Assembly: GCA_963675745.2 (NCBI GenBank)
Contig: CAXXWX010000003.1
Location: forward strand, 210,417-274,416
Reading direction: 5' to 3'
DNA from: Phycisphaerae bacterium
GTDB lineage: Bacteria > Planctomycetota > Phycisphaerae > UBA1845 > Fen-1342
Length of the DNA: 64,000 nucleotides
Part shown: positions 28,631 to 38,493 of the stretch, piece by piece
Layout of the letters: the number at the start of each line of letters is the position of its first letter
How positions within the stretch are numbered: the first letter of the stretch is position 1
Notes under the pieces: generated by a model
What the model saw: only the letters and a program-made list of their open reading frames with translations
The model's database searches: none
What the model was told of the DNA's origin: nothing
Position numbers and translations under genes: made by a program

Positions 28631-29350
28631 ATGACTCACGCTCACAAACACCACCACGACAACGAGGCCGCGACCTCAGCGTTCACGCTTATCGAGCTGC
28701 TCGTGGTCGTGGCGATCATCTCACTGCTGATTTCGATCCTGACGCCATCGCTGTCGCGTGCGCGCCAGCAGGCCAAGTCAACCGTGTGCCTGACACGGCT
28801 CAACGAATTTATGAAGGGCATCACCGCCTACTCCAACGACCATGATTTCGCTATACCTTTGATGCAGTTCGACAAGATCGACCCCAATCAACCGGGATCG
28901 ACAGCGGCCCGGCACGGCTGGGCGGAGTTGCTGTACACCTACCTCTACTCCGACCACGATTACAGCGACCGGGAAGACTTCCCCGTGCAGCGCAACAATC
29001 ACGGCCGGCACGAGCTGTTCGTCTGCAAGGAGGCGAACCCCACCACCGACAGCACCGGACACTACCGGGTTTACGAAGTTTCCTGGGCGCGCGGCGTCAT
29101 CGACCAGGTGAAACTCAAGCTACCGCTGATCACCGACGCCAATCCGGTCGTGACCGACGAAGAGGATCTGCGGCTCAGCTACATTCCGCGCGAGCGCATC
29201 GCCGGGCTCGAGGGCGAGGCCTACATCGATGAACGACACTACGGCGGCGCGAATTACGCCTTTCCCGACGGCCACGCCAACCGCAGCACCGGCCTGAAGG
29301 AACAACTGGCCCTCGATTGGGACCTCAATCCGGAAACGCCGAATCAATGA
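28631..29350 (+). CDS. Prepilin-type N-terminal cleavage/methylation protein (H-X9-DG)
   Basis: AFTLIELLVVVAIISLLISILTPSLSRARQQAK..C; RHYGGANYAFPDGH. Confidence 0.88.
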   Translation: MTHAHKHHHDNEAATSAFTLIELLVVVAIISLLISILTPSLSRARQQAKSTVCLTRLNEFMKGITAYSNDHDFAIPLMQFDKIDPNQPGSTAARHGWAELLYTYLYSDHDYSDREDFPVQRNNHGRHELFVCKEANPTTDSTGHYRVYEVSWARGVIDQVKLKLPLITDANPVVTDEEDLRLSYIPRERIAGLEGEAYIDERHYGGANYAFPDGHANRSTGLKEQLALDWDLNPETPNQ

Positions 29351-30501
29351 ACCAACCGACTGTGTACCTGGACAACAACGCGACCACGCGCGTGGACGAA
29401 GCGGCCGTCGAGGCCATGCTGCCGCTGTTTTGCGAGCAATTCGGCAATCCCGCCAGCACGCATCGAGCGGGGGCGGCCGTCGGCGCGCTGGTGGATCAGG
29501 CTCGCGCGCAGGTCGCCGACTTGCTGGGAGCGCGTCCGGGCGAGATAGTCTTCACCAGTGGCGGGACCGAGGCTGACAATGCAGCGTTGTTTGGAACGCT
29601 GGCCGCGCGCCCCACGAAGCGACACGTGATCATTTCGAGCGTCGAGCATCCGGCCATCAATGAGCCGGCTGATCGTCTCGAGCGCGAGGGGTATGAGATC
29701 ACGCGCCTGGACGTGGACAGTGATGGACACATTGATCTGGCGACCTTCGAGGCGGCGCTGCGCGACGATACCGCGCTCGTTTCCGTCATGCTGGTGAATA
29801 ACGAGACCGGGGTGGTGTTCCCGCTCGCGGATATCTCACGGATCGCCAAGGCGCGCGGCGTGCTCGTGCACACCGACGCGGTCAACGCAATTGGCAAGCA
29901 CGTTGTCAACGTTGACGAGTTGGGCGTCGATTTGCTCTCGCTGAGCGCGCACAAGCTGCACGGCCCCAAGGGCGTCGGCGCGCTGTATGTGCGCCGCGGA
30001 ACGCCGTTCGTACCGGTGATGCTCGGCGGTAAACAGGAGCGCAGCCGGCGCGGCGGCACCACCAACAGTCCCGGCATCGTCGGGTTGGGAGTTGCCTGTG
30101 AGCACGCCGCCAGCCGCGACGCCGGCCGATTGGATCGCATCAGACAACTGCGCGACCGACTCGAATCGCGGATCGCCGAGCGTTTCACCAACGCCCGCGT
30201 AATCGGCGCCGCGGCCGACCGCGTGGTCAATACAAGCTGCATCTGCTTCGCCGGCATGGCGGCCGAACCGATCGTGTTGCTGCTGAGCGAGGCGGGTATT
30301 TGCGTGTCGAGCGGTGCGGCGTGCGCCAGCGGGTCATTGGAGCCTTCACCAGTTCTGCGCGCCATGCGCATTGACCCGGAGATTGCGCAGGGGCAGATTC
30401 GCTTCTCGCTGGGCAAGCACAACACCGCTGAGGAGATCGACCGCACGCTCGACGCTTTGTCGGTCGTCATCAAAAAGGCCGCCGCCTCGAACCTGTGCTG
30501 A
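29347..30501 (+). CDS. iscS: Cysteine desulfurase (IscS/NifS group I)
   Basis: YLDNNATT; GNPAS; FTSGGTEADN; HTDAV; PLP-lysine SAHKLHGPKG; catalytic SSGAACASG. Confidence 0.92.
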   Translation: MNQPTVYLDNNATTRVDEAAVEAMLPLFCEQFGNPASTHRAGAAVGALVDQARAQVADLLGARPGEIVFTSGGTEADNAALFGTLAARPTKRHVIISSVEHPAINEPADRLEREGYEITRLDVDSDGHIDLATFEAALRDDTALVSVMLVNNETGVVFPLADISRIAKARGVLVHTDAVNAIGKHVVNVDELGVDLLSLSAHKLHGPKGVGALYVRRGTPFVPVMLGGKQERSRRGGTTNSPGIVGLGVACEHAASRDAGRLDRIRQLRDRLESRIAERFTNARVIGAAADRVVNTSCICFAGMAAEPIVLLLSEAGICVSSGAACASGSLEPSPVLRAMRIDPEIAQGQIRFSLGKHNTAEEIDRTLDALSVVIKKAAASNLC

Positions 30502-31320
30502 AAAACGTGGGCGAACGACGATTCTATTGCTCAGAGATTTCCGTCGACCGCATCACGCTGGATGCGGAGCAGTCTCGGCACGCGCTGAACAGCCTGCGTC
30601 TGAAAAGTGGGGATGCCGTCGTGGTTTTTGACGGACGCGGCCATGTCGCGCGTGGGCGGCTCGGCGGGCTATCAGATGATCCATCCCGCCGCTCCGCCGC
30701 CAAAGGTCGATTGGCGCAGGTTGATATCGAGGCGGTCGAGCATACACCGGCGGCGGCACTGTCATTGACCGTGCTGGTGGCCGGCTGCAAGGGGCCCCGG
30801 CTTGCCTGGATGGTGGAGAAGTGTACCGAATTGGGCGTTGCGCACATCGCGCTGGCGGAGTTCGTCCGCTCGACCGTCCGTGTCAGCAGCTCCCACGCCC
30901 GCAAACTGCGGCGAACCGCCGTCGAAGCTTCGAAGCAGTGCGGGCGCGTGTGGCTGCCGACCATCGAGGTGGGTATCCAGGTCGGCGACGATTGGCGAGC
31001 GCGTGGGCAACGCGGCGCTCGCCGTCGCACATCCGTGCGCCGAAGCGCAGCCTTTCGCAACCTGGCTGGATACTCGATTGCGGAACGCTATGTACCAGAG
31101 CCGACACGCGGCGGATTTGGGTGGCAATACCCCCGACTCATACGCAGTGGTAATCGGGCCCGAGGGCGGATTGACCCCCGATGAAGTCTCGGCCCTGACT
31201 TCCCTGGGGGCCACGCCGGTGCGCCTGGCGATGGATACTCTGCGCGTGGAGACGGCCGCGGTCAGCGCGGCGGCGGTGTGGGCCGCGCAAGCTGCGATAC
31301 AGCAGGCTCACCCCGAGTGA
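30495..31320 (+). pseudogene. rsmE: 16S rRNA m3U1498 methyltransferase RsmE split by a +1 frameshift near 30970-30995
   Basis: One frame has HALNSLRL, VEKCTELGV and EASKQCGR. The +1 frame has VIGPEGGLTPDE and LRVETAA. May be a sequencing error. Confidence 0.8.
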
Positions 31321-32063
31321 CCGAGGAACTCGCGCACACCCGCCCGCGATTCTTCCGTGAGGCGCATCGTGGCGCTCAGGTGGCGCGCCGTTTCAACACC
31401 CGCCCCGTGGTCCATCTGCCGAATTTCATTAAACAGGCGTTTGGTCTCGCGGACTGCGCTGGGTGGGTAGGCGGCGATGAGATCGGCGTAGTAGCGCGCT
31501 CGATCCAGCAGCGCTGTATCGGGCGCAATCTCACTGGCCAGACCGCACTGCACGGCGCGTTCGGACATGATCTTCTCGCCGGTGAGCAGCAGGTGTTTCG
31601 CGTGCCGATCACCAACCAGCCGACGCAGGTAAACCATCACGATCGCCGCCACCAGGCCCCGCTTGATCTCAGGGTAACTCGCAAACGCCGAGCTGCCGAG
31701 AATGACAATGTCACAGACAGTGATCAGTCCGGCGCCACCGGCCACCGCCGGCCCATTCACCGCCGCAATCACGGGCTTGCCGAGATTGTCGATGGTCTCA
31801 TACAACGTGAGCAGCGCCGAGGCATCGTGCGTGGCCTGCTCCGATGCGACCTCGGCGATCTCGTTGAGGTCAAGACCGGCACAAAACGCCGGCGGCGCCC
31901 CCGTGATAATCACGCACCGCACTTCCGGTTCCATGTCCGCCTGACGCAGGCGATCGGTTAGCTCGGCGATCAGCGCGCGCGACAGCGCGTTGCGACGTTC
32001 CGGGCGATTCAGCGTGAGCTCGATTGTCGCACCACGGCGGGCGATCTTGAGAGGGGTGTTCAT
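31308..32063 (-). CDS. Enoyl-CoA hydratase/crotonase (methylglutaconyl-CoA hydratase-like)
   Basis: LNRPERRNALS; AFCAGLDL; KPVIAAVNGPAVAGGAGL..CD; YPEIKRGL. Confidence 0.9.
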   Translation of the reverse strand: MNTPLKIARRGATIELTLNRPERRNALSRALIAELTDRLRQADMEPEVRCVIITGAPPAFCAGLDLNEIAEVASEQATHDASALLTLYETIDNLGKPVIAAVNGPAVAGGAGLITVCDIVILGSSAFASYPEIKRGLVAAIVMVYLRRLVGDRHAKHLLLTGEKIMSERAVQCGLASEIAPDTALLDRARYYADLIAAYPPSAVRETKRLFNEIRQMDHGAGVETARHLSATMRLTEESRAGVREFLGHSG

Positions 32064-32491
32064 GATGCACCTCCGTTGCGCGCCGGACTGCCCTGCTCTC
32101 CGCAAGTAGCGGGCAGCGCCTTGTGACCGTAGAGCACCTCTCCGTTGGGGCGTTCAGCTCCCAAGCGGCGAAACACGAGGCGAACCAGAAGACCAGCGCA
32201 CAGGTTCGACGGCTGGCAGTCAGTGATCTCGCACACCAACCGGGCGCCGCAATCGGTTGCCACTATGCCGACGGCCCGTGGCGCCGTATCGGCCTCGCGG
32301 CCGCGGCACTGTTGGATCGTATATGCCAGCAACCTCCCAGTCAGCGCCAGGCGGTGGAGTTCTGTCCGGCGCCGGCCGCAGTAACGGCAGATGCCGAACG
32401 GCGGGTACATGATGCGGCCACAGTCGGTGCAGCGCGTCGCCTCCAGTCGATAGCGCTGTGGTATTTGCCGCCGCTGGCGATCACCGGTCAT
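32060..32491 (-). CDS. DUF35 Zn-ribbon/OB-fold protein (ChsH2/PhlB-like)
   Basis: RYRLEATRCTDCG..YPP..ICRYCG; G.LLAYTI; VRLVFRR; YGHK. ATGA overlaps on both sides. Confidence 0.85.
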   Translation of the reverse strand: MTGDRQRRQIPQRYRLEATRCTDCGRIMYPPFGICRYCGRRRTELHRLALTGRLLAYTIQQCRGREADTAPRAVGIVATDCGARLVCEITDCQPSNLCAGLLVRLVFRRLGAERPNGEVLYGHKALPATCGEQGSPARNGGAS

Positions 32492-33657
32492 GGCTGGTTC
32501 CACTCCGCGCTGAGAATCGTCACCACGGCGCTGGCGCCGGTGCCGCCGATGCAGTGGGCCAGCGCGTTTCGCGCATGAGACACCTGTATGGGCCCGGCCT
32601 GCTGCCGGAGCTGTTGCCCGAGTAACACAATCTGGGCCACGCCGCTGGCCGCCAGCGGGTGCCCGCGTGCCAGCAACCCCCCGGAAGGATTGATCGGCCG
32701 CGAGCCTTCGATCGCGGTCAGGCCGTCGGCCGCCGCCGGCCCGCCCTGGCCTGGTGCGAAGAAACCCAGTGCCTCAGTGGCGCGGACCTCCGCGATCGTG
32801 TACACATCGTGAACCTCGGCCACGTCGATATCGCCGGCAGTCAATCCCGCGGCATCATAGGCACGCCGGGCGGCGCTGCGTGTCGCGCGGCACACGGACC
32901 AGTCGTCACGCTCGTGGAATGCAAGCCGCTCGCAGGCCACACCGATTCCCGCCAGCCGCACCCACGGCGCGGCGCGCAACTTCCGCGCGCGCTCCAGCGT
33001 GGTAACCAGCACCGCGGCCGCCCCATCGCAAACTGTCGCCGCATCAAGCGTGTGCAGCGGATCGGCCAGCATGGGCGAGTCCAGCACTTCATGGCGTGTG
33101 ACGCGCCGTCGATTAAACGCGTATTCGTCGTGGATGGCATTCGTGTGGTTCTTCTCGGCGATCGCCGCAAGTTGTGCCGGTGTGGTGCCGTGGCGTTCCA
33201 TATGCTCGCGCGCCATCATCGCAAAGACAGCGGCGTGCGACGCCCCGCGCTCGACCTCGTACTCCTGGTCCAGCGTCGCCGACAACGGATCGCTCAGCGA
33301 TTCGTCATCCACGTCGGTCACCTTCTCCACGCCGATCGCCAGGGCGGCCTCCACTTGTCCGCTGGCGACATCCAGCCACGCCGCGCGCACAGCCAGCGCA
33401 CCAGACGCATCAGCCGATTCGACGCGCCCCGAGGGAATCGATCCGAGCCCCATGTGGGATGCGATCAGCGGTCCCAGGTGCTCTTGCCCGGTGAGCAATC
33501 CGGATTGGGCGCAGCCCACCCAGAGCGTGTCAACCGCCGCCAGGCCGGCATCGTCCAGGGCGGCCACCGCAGCGGCGGAGGCCAGCTCGCGCAGCGACAT
33601 GCAGACCTGCCACCCGAACGGAACAATGCCGATCCCAGCTATCGCGGCCTCACGCAT
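32488..33657 (-). CDS. SCP2/archaeal-type thiolase-fold protein with the nucleophilic Cys replaced by Asp
   Basis: VESADASG (canonical VExACASG); GVEK; KNH.N; CDGAAA; EVHDVYT; NPSGGL.ARGHP. Confidence 0.88.
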   Translation of the reverse strand: MREAAIAGIGIVPFGWQVCMSLRELASAAAVAALDDAGLAAVDTLWVGCAQSGLLTGQEHLGPLIASHMGLGSIPSGRVESADASGALAVRAAWLDVASGQVEAALAIGVEKVTDVDDESLSDPLSATLDQEYEVERGASHAAVFAMMAREHMERHGTTPAQLAAIAEKNHTNAIHDEYAFNRRRVTRHEVLDSPMLADPLHTLDAATVCDGAAAVLVTTLERARKLRAAPWVRLAGIGVACERLAFHERDDWSVCRATRSAARRAYDAAGLTAGDIDVAEVHDVYTIAEVRATEALGFFAPGQGGPAAADGLTAIEGSRPINPSGGLLARGHPLAASGVAQIVLLGQQLRQQAGPIQVSHARNALAHCIGGTGASAVVTILSAEWNQP

Positions 33658-33667
33658 TGTGGCCTCG

Positions 33668-34672
33668 CTACGAAGTCCGCGCCGATTGCGCCGCTTGATC
33701 GGAGCGGCCTGACCTGTCGCCGGTCAGAGCGGCGCGTTTGCTCGCCATCGCCGCGCGCAGTGATTCGATGCGCGGCCGTATTGTCACTGCACGCGCCTGC
33801 GCTGCGGTGATCTGTTCAGTCGTGGTGATCACCAGGGCATCAGCCCCACTGCGCGCATCTGAGGCGCAGATCAACAAGCGTCCCGCGGGCTTGGCCACGT
33901 CGAGCAGCGCGGCCAGGCTCACTAATGGGAACGCCGGGTTGGATGGCTCCATGAGGGGATCGAGAAACCGGGCGGCAAGCTGCGTTCCACCAAACCCCAG
34001 CGTCGGCCCCGCCTCCAGTAGAGGCTCGACGTCAACCGGGGTGAACGCGGCGTGTGCGAAATCCGCCGGACTGAAACGCCGGCGTGTCATGATGTCGCGG
34101 CCAAGCCGCAGCATGGCGTCCAGGCGCGCATCAACGCGGGCGGACGCCTCTTCCTGCGATGCGCCCAACGTGTGCGTCGCGTCGGGCGCCGCCGATGCGT
34201 CGCGGAGATATTCCTGATCGTTGACGCGCGCAATCATCCGATCCTCGGCACGCGTGATGACAAACGCCGCGGCACCGCACAATCGTCCCTCGGGGCCTGT
34301 GTGCCGGCGATCCGGCGCGTCGGCGACAACCATCAGCCCCAGATTAACCGCGCTGGGCTTGACGATGTTACATACGGCGAAGAACACCTCCACACCGCTG
34401 CGCGAATCGGCCTGCACATCCGCGCAATGACAACGCGCCGAGACACCCAGCACGTCTGCCAGCGCCGGAGCGACGATGTGCGGGCCACGCCGCCCGGGCG
34501 CTGCGCCAACGTAGAGCGCTCCGATGCCATCGGCCGCCTCAATCTCAGCATGGGCCAGCGCATGACGCGCCGCCTCCACCGCCATGGTCAGTTGATCCTG
34601 GTCATCCGCCGGTGATCCATCATCCGGCGTGCCGCGGCAGACGTGACAGCCGTAACCGAGTATTCCAATCAT
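33668..34672 (-). CDS. Degenerate HMG-CoA synthase-like (PhlA-like) protein
   Basis: MIGILGYG; DQDQLTMAVEAA; GALYVG; GAAAFVI; GADAL. Catalytic loop reads ADVQADSRSG, without Cys. Confidence 0.7.
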   Translation of the reverse strand: MIGILGYGCHVCRGTPDDGSPADDQDQLTMAVEAARHALAHAEIEAADGIGALYVGAAPGRRGPHIVAPALADVLGVSARCHCADVQADSRSGVEVFFAVCNIVKPSAVNLGLMVVADAPDRRHTGPEGRLCGAAAFVITRAEDRMIARVNDQEYLRDASAAPDATHTLGASQEEASARVDARLDAMLRLGRDIMTRRRFSPADFAHAAFTPVDVEPLLEAGPTLGFGGTQLAARFLDPLMEPSNPAFPLVSLAALLDVAKPAGRLLICASDARSGADALVITTTEQITAAQARAVTIRPRIESLRAAMASKRAALTGDRSGRSDQAAQSARTS

Positions 34673-34795
34673 CCTCACCCCACAGTGGAGCGGCGTCCGA
34701 CCGCACGCCGCGCCCAATTCCCATCCTGGTGGTGGTAGCTTTCGCCAAACATGAAGGAATGTCAACCACCAGTCCGTGGCGCCCGATGTTACGAC

Positions 34796-36040
34796 TCAGC
34801 GTGCAAGCAACGCGCGCGCGGCGGATAGCGCTTCGGCGCGCGTCGTGACCTCCTCGTCCAATTGTCGCGTGTAGATATCATCCAACACGCGTTTGAAAAC
34901 CGGTCCAGGCGCAACGCCGATGGCCAACAGATCGCTGCCGGTGACCAGCGGCGGCGGCGCGATGCGCTCCGCGGGAATGGAATCGATACGCCGACTCAGG
35001 ATTCGGCTTCGCTCGGCCCCATCGCACATGTCCGCATAGCGCGCTCTCGCCCAGGCGCGCAACGCGCCGAACGACGCCACTGATAGCAAACGCTTGAGCG
35101 CCGCCAGCGAGATGTCCGCCGGCGCATCAAGCGTGCTCTGGTTCTCAACCAGCCAGGTGACGGCCACGCGCCGAGCATTGGAGCAGGCGAGCCGCCGGCA
35201 AATATCGTCAACTTCACGCGGCGGCCGATCGCCCAGCAGTACCGCCCAGGACAGCTCGAAGCCCGCGTTTTCAGGTAGCCGGGCGATCAACGTCAACGCA
35301 CGCGCCAGCGCCTCATCAACCCACGTCGCGCCGGGCCAGAGATGTTCGAGCAACCCCGTATCCCGCAGCAGCCCGATCGCGGCGCAGCGATGCGGATGGC
35401 GGAGCATGCGGTCGAGCTCGTCGTGGATGCGCTCGGGCGCAACCTTGCTCAGACTACTGCGCGCGTCGTACATCGCCGTGCGGGTCTCCGGTTCGATCTC
35501 GAAGTCAAGCCGAGCCGAGAAACGCACCGCGCGCAGCAACCGCAGATAGTCCTCACCAAAACGCTTCGCCGGCTGTCCGATCGCGCGGATGCAGCCCGCC
35601 TGCAAATCGCGGCGCCCCCCCACATAGTCAATCACGCGCTGTTCGAGTGGGTCGAGAAACATCCCGTTAATCGTGAAGTCGCGGCGCTGCGCGTCTTGCT
35701 CGGCATCGCAATACGTCACGCTTGCCGGCCGGCGACCGTCGTGGTACTCGCCATCCGAGCGAAACGTGGCTACCTCGACCCAGCGGCCGCGCCGGCGCAC
35801 CAGCACCACGCCGAACTGAGCGCCCACCCGGCGGGTGGCGCGGAACAATTCGCACACACGCTCGGGCCGCGCGTCGGTTGCCACGTCGAAATCGTGCGGG
35901 GTCTCGTTGCGCAGCAGATCACGAACGCACCCGCCGGCGAGCAGGGCCACATGCCCCGCGGCGTGCAACGCGCGCACAATCTCCATCGCCGGCTCAGCAT
36001 CCGCCGGCAGCGTCTTGTTGATTGTGGCAAAATCACCCAT
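34796..36040 (-). CDS. CCA tRNA nucleotidyltransferase / poly(A) polymerase family
   Basis: AGGCVRD; DFDVAT; EVATFRSD; RRDFTING; EDYLRLLRAVRF; ERI.DEL. Confidence 0.92.
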   Translation of the reverse strand: MGDFATINKTLPADAEPAMEIVRALHAAGHVALLAGGCVRDLLRNETPHDFDVATDARPERVCELFRATRRVGAQFGVVLVRRRGRWVEVATFRSDGEYHDGRRPASVTYCDAEQDAQRRDFTINGMFLDPLEQRVIDYVGGRRDLQAGCIRAIGQPAKRFGEDYLRLLRAVRFSARLDFEIEPETRTAMYDARSSLSKVAPERIHDELDRMLRHPHRCAAIGLLRDTGLLEHLWPGATWVDEALARALTLIARLPENAGFELSWAVLLGDRPPREVDDICRRLACSNARRVAVTWLVENQSTLDAPADISLAALKRLLSVASFGALRAWARARYADMCDGAERSRILSRRIDSIPAERIAPPPLVTGSDLLAIGVAPGPVFKRVLDDIYTRQLDEEVTTRAEALSAARALLAR

Positions 36041-36239
36041 ACACTAAATCGTACCGTGAACGGGCGAATGCGTCGTTAGCGACGCCGACGACGCCCACGC
36101 GCGAGGTGGACCGACCATCCCCGCGCAGAGCCTCGCAACTCGCCGTGCCCCCAGAGTTTGCGACGAGCCGTGCAGTGCCGCGTCAGACCGACACTCGGCC
36201 ATAGCGTTGGCACACAGCCCACCTTTTTCGCCGCCTGGC

Positions 36240-36275
36240 TTGACCTTACCATTAATAGTAATAATATCTTATATC
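36240..36275 (+). promoter_or_regulatory. Promoter with overlapping AT-rich Fur/Per-box-like site
   Basis: TTGACC (36240-36245), 16 nt, TAATAT, inside AATAGTAATAATATCTTATAT, an AT island directly before the Fur-family gene. Confidence 0.6.
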
Positions 36276-36291
36276 GTTAAGGAATCTGCGT

Positions 36292-36714
36292 ATGAATGCC
36301 AGCGTGCGACGACGAAATACGCGACAGCGCCAGGTGGTGCTCGAAGAGCTGAAGAAGACCACCTCGCACCCAACCGCGGCGGAGTTGTACGAGCTAACGC
36401 GACGTCGTCTGCCCAGAATCAGCCTGGGCACGGTCTACCGTAACCTGGAGTTGCTCACCCAGACCGGGCACGTGCGTAAGCTGGTGGCGGGTGGTTCGGA
36501 GACGCGCTTCGATGCCGACGTCACCGACCATTATCACGTCCGCTGCCAGCGCTGTGGACGCGTCGACGACGCACATGACTTACGTGTGGAACCGCTCACA
36601 CGCGGCGTCGCGGACGTGAGCGGTTATGAGATTCTCGGATACCACCTGGAGTTTTTCGGCATCTGCCCGGAGTGCCGAGCGCAACAAACAGGACCCGATA
36701 CCTGTCAGGCTTGA
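36292..36714 (+). CDS. perR: Fur-family regulator (PerR-like)
   Basis: RNTRQR; HPTA; SLGTVYRNL; RFD...HYHVRCQRCG; GICPEC. Followed by peroxide-defence genes. Confidence 0.85.
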   Translation: MNASVRRRNTRQRQVVLEELKKTTSHPTAAELYELTRRRLPRISLGTVYRNLELLTQTGHVRKLVAGGSETRFDADVTDHYHVRCQRCGRVDDAHDLRVEPLTRGVADVSGYEILGYHLEFFGICPECRAQQTGPDTCQA

Positions 36715-36794
36715 TCCAGAATTACCTGGAGCGGCTCGGAGCCGCAGGCAAGCCGGTGACACAATTGACATCTGATCATGCGACGGGGATAAAT

Positions 36795-37310
36795 GTGCTG
36801 AACCACGAAATGCAGGAAGCGTTAAACCGCCAGATCAACGCCGAGCTGTTCTCTTCGTACCTGTATCTATCCATGTCGGCCTGGCTGGACGCGCAAGGGC
36901 TCAAGGGTATGGCCCACTGGATGCGCACCCAGGCCCAGGAAGAAACGTTGCACGCACTCAAGTTCATCGACTTCGTCAGCGAGCGTGATGGACGCGTATT
37001 GCTGACGAGCATCGACGCGCCCCAGACCGAGTGGAAGTCACCGTTGGCCGTTTTCGAGCATACCTGCGAACACGAGGCGCACGTCACGGCGTTGATCGGG
37101 CAGCTTGTTGACCAGGCCGTTCACACCAAGGACCACGCCGCCAACGGGTTTTTGCAGTGGTTCGTGACGGAGCAGGTTGAGGAGGAAGCCACGGTCCGCG
37201 ACATCAGGGACAAGCTGAAAATGATCGGCGACACCGGGGCCATGTTGTACATGATTGACCAGGAGCTCGGCCAGCGCACACTGCCGGTGGCCGACCAATC
37301 CGGCGCGTAA
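36795..37310 (+). CDS. ftnA: Non-heme ferritin
   Basis: LN.QINAEL.SSYLYLSM; QAQEE..HA; HEAHVT; FLQWFVTEQVEEE. GTG start. Confidence 0.92.
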   Translation: MLNHEMQEALNRQINAELFSSYLYLSMSAWLDAQGLKGMAHWMRTQAQEETLHALKFIDFVSERDGRVLLTSIDAPQTEWKSPLAVFEHTCEHEAHVTALIGQLVDQAVHTKDHAANGFLQWFVTEQVEEEATVRDIRDKLKMIGDTGAMLYMIDQELGQRTLPVADQSGA

Positions 37311-37365
37311 CAGATACATGCGCCTCCGGCGCATGATGCACATAAGGCAACAGAAAGGGTGGAAC

Positions 37366-37698
37366 ATGAAAAAGTGGAAATGTGTGTGCGGTTACATTCA
37401 CGATGGCGACGAGGCACCGGCGCATTGCCCCAAGTGCGGCGCCACAGCGGACAAGTTCGTGCTGCTTGACGACAGCGCGGCCAACCTCGTCGAAAGATCC
37501 CGACGCACGAATGCCTTGCACTGCCGGCTGGTCAATCTGGCTCGCAAGATGGAGGCGGCGTGCAAGGACGGCATCGAAGACAACCTCGACCCGAACTGCG
37601 TCAAGGTTTTTCAGCAGACGCTCGGGCACAGCTACGAAATAATGAAGCTGGCCATGACCGAGATGCAAGGGCACATGGCCAAAGGTAAGTGGGGATAG
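37366..37698 (+). CDS. Rubredoxin-like Fe(Cys)4 domain protein with short helical C-terminus
   Basis: WKCVCGYIH.GDEAP..CPKCG; EDNLDPNC; H..KGKWG. Confidence 0.8.
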   Translation: MKKWKCVCGYIHDGDEAPAHCPKCGATADKFVLLDDSAANLVERSRRTNALHCRLVNLARKMEAACKDGIEDNLDPNCVKVFQQTLGHSYEIMKLAMTEMQGHMAKGKWG

Positions 37699-37758
37699 AC
37701 CGTTGTCGGTCCACCTCGCGCGTACGCAACTAACTCACAGCAGGGAGATCACCAACTC

Positions 37759-38349
37759 ATGAGCACTCTGGTTACCAACCCGGCCCCCGATTTCGCGGCC
37801 CAGGCCGTCATGCCGGACAATACTTTCGCCGAACTGAAGCTGTCATCGTATCGCGGCAAGTACGTGGTCCTGTTTTTCTACCCGCTTGATTTCACATTTG
37901 TCTGCCCGTCCGAGATTATCGCGTTCGGCCAAAAGCTCGACGCGTTCAAGGAGCGGAACTGCGAGGTCATCGGCGTCTCCGTCGACTCGCACTTCTCGCA
38001 CTGGGCCTGGAAAAACACCCCGGTCGAGAAGGGTGGCATCGGCAACGTGCAGTTCCCGATCGTCGCCGACATCAAGAAGCAGATATCGCGCGACTACGGC
38101 GTGCTGTTCGACGACTCGGTCGCGCTGCGCGGGCTGTTCCTGATCGACAAGGAAGGCGTAGTGCGCCACGCGCTGGTCAACGACCTGCCGTTGGGGCGCA
38201 ACGTTGAAGAGGCGCTCCGCGTGGTCGATGCGCTGCAATTCACCGAGAAACACGGAGAGGTGTGCCCGGCTAACTGGAAGAAGGGCGAGGACGGCATGAA
38301 GCCAACCGCCGACGGCGTCGCCGGCTATCTGGCCAAGCACGCGGGATAA
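37759..38349 (+). CDS. ahpC: 2-Cys peroxiredoxin (AhpC)
   Basis: FFYPLDFTFVCPSE; GEVCPANW. Confidence 0.95.
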   Translation: MSTLVTNPAPDFAAQAVMPDNTFAELKLSSYRGKYVVLFFYPLDFTFVCPSEIIAFGQKLDAFKERNCEVIGVSVDSHFSHWAWKNTPVEKGGIGNVQFPIVADIKKQISRDYGVLFDDSVALRGLFLIDKEGVVRHALVNDLPLGRNVEEALRVVDALQFTEKHGEVCPANWKKGEDGMKPTADGVAGYLAKHAG

Positions 38350-38377
38350 CCGCCAACAACCGAGGGGATGGGGCGCA

Positions 38378-38397
38378 GCGCCCGGTTCGCCGGGCGC
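38378..38397 (+). other. UUCG-capped GC hairpin between ahpC and actA (no U-tract)
   Basis: GCGCCCGG-TTCG-CCGGGCGC. Confidence 0.5.
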
Positions 38398-38493
38398 GCC
38401 CCGGATACATCACGCCCCCGGGCAGGGCGTCATGTTGTCCATAAGTTGTACGCGGCGGCAGGGCCAGGGTGTGCCGCCACAGAGGTTCGGGCC

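Noticed and set aside
32488..34672. Canonical mevalonate-pathway thiolase/HMG-CoA synthase
   Set aside because: Catalytic cysteines are absent in both proteins, and there is no HMG-CoA reductase or mevalonate kinase in the window.
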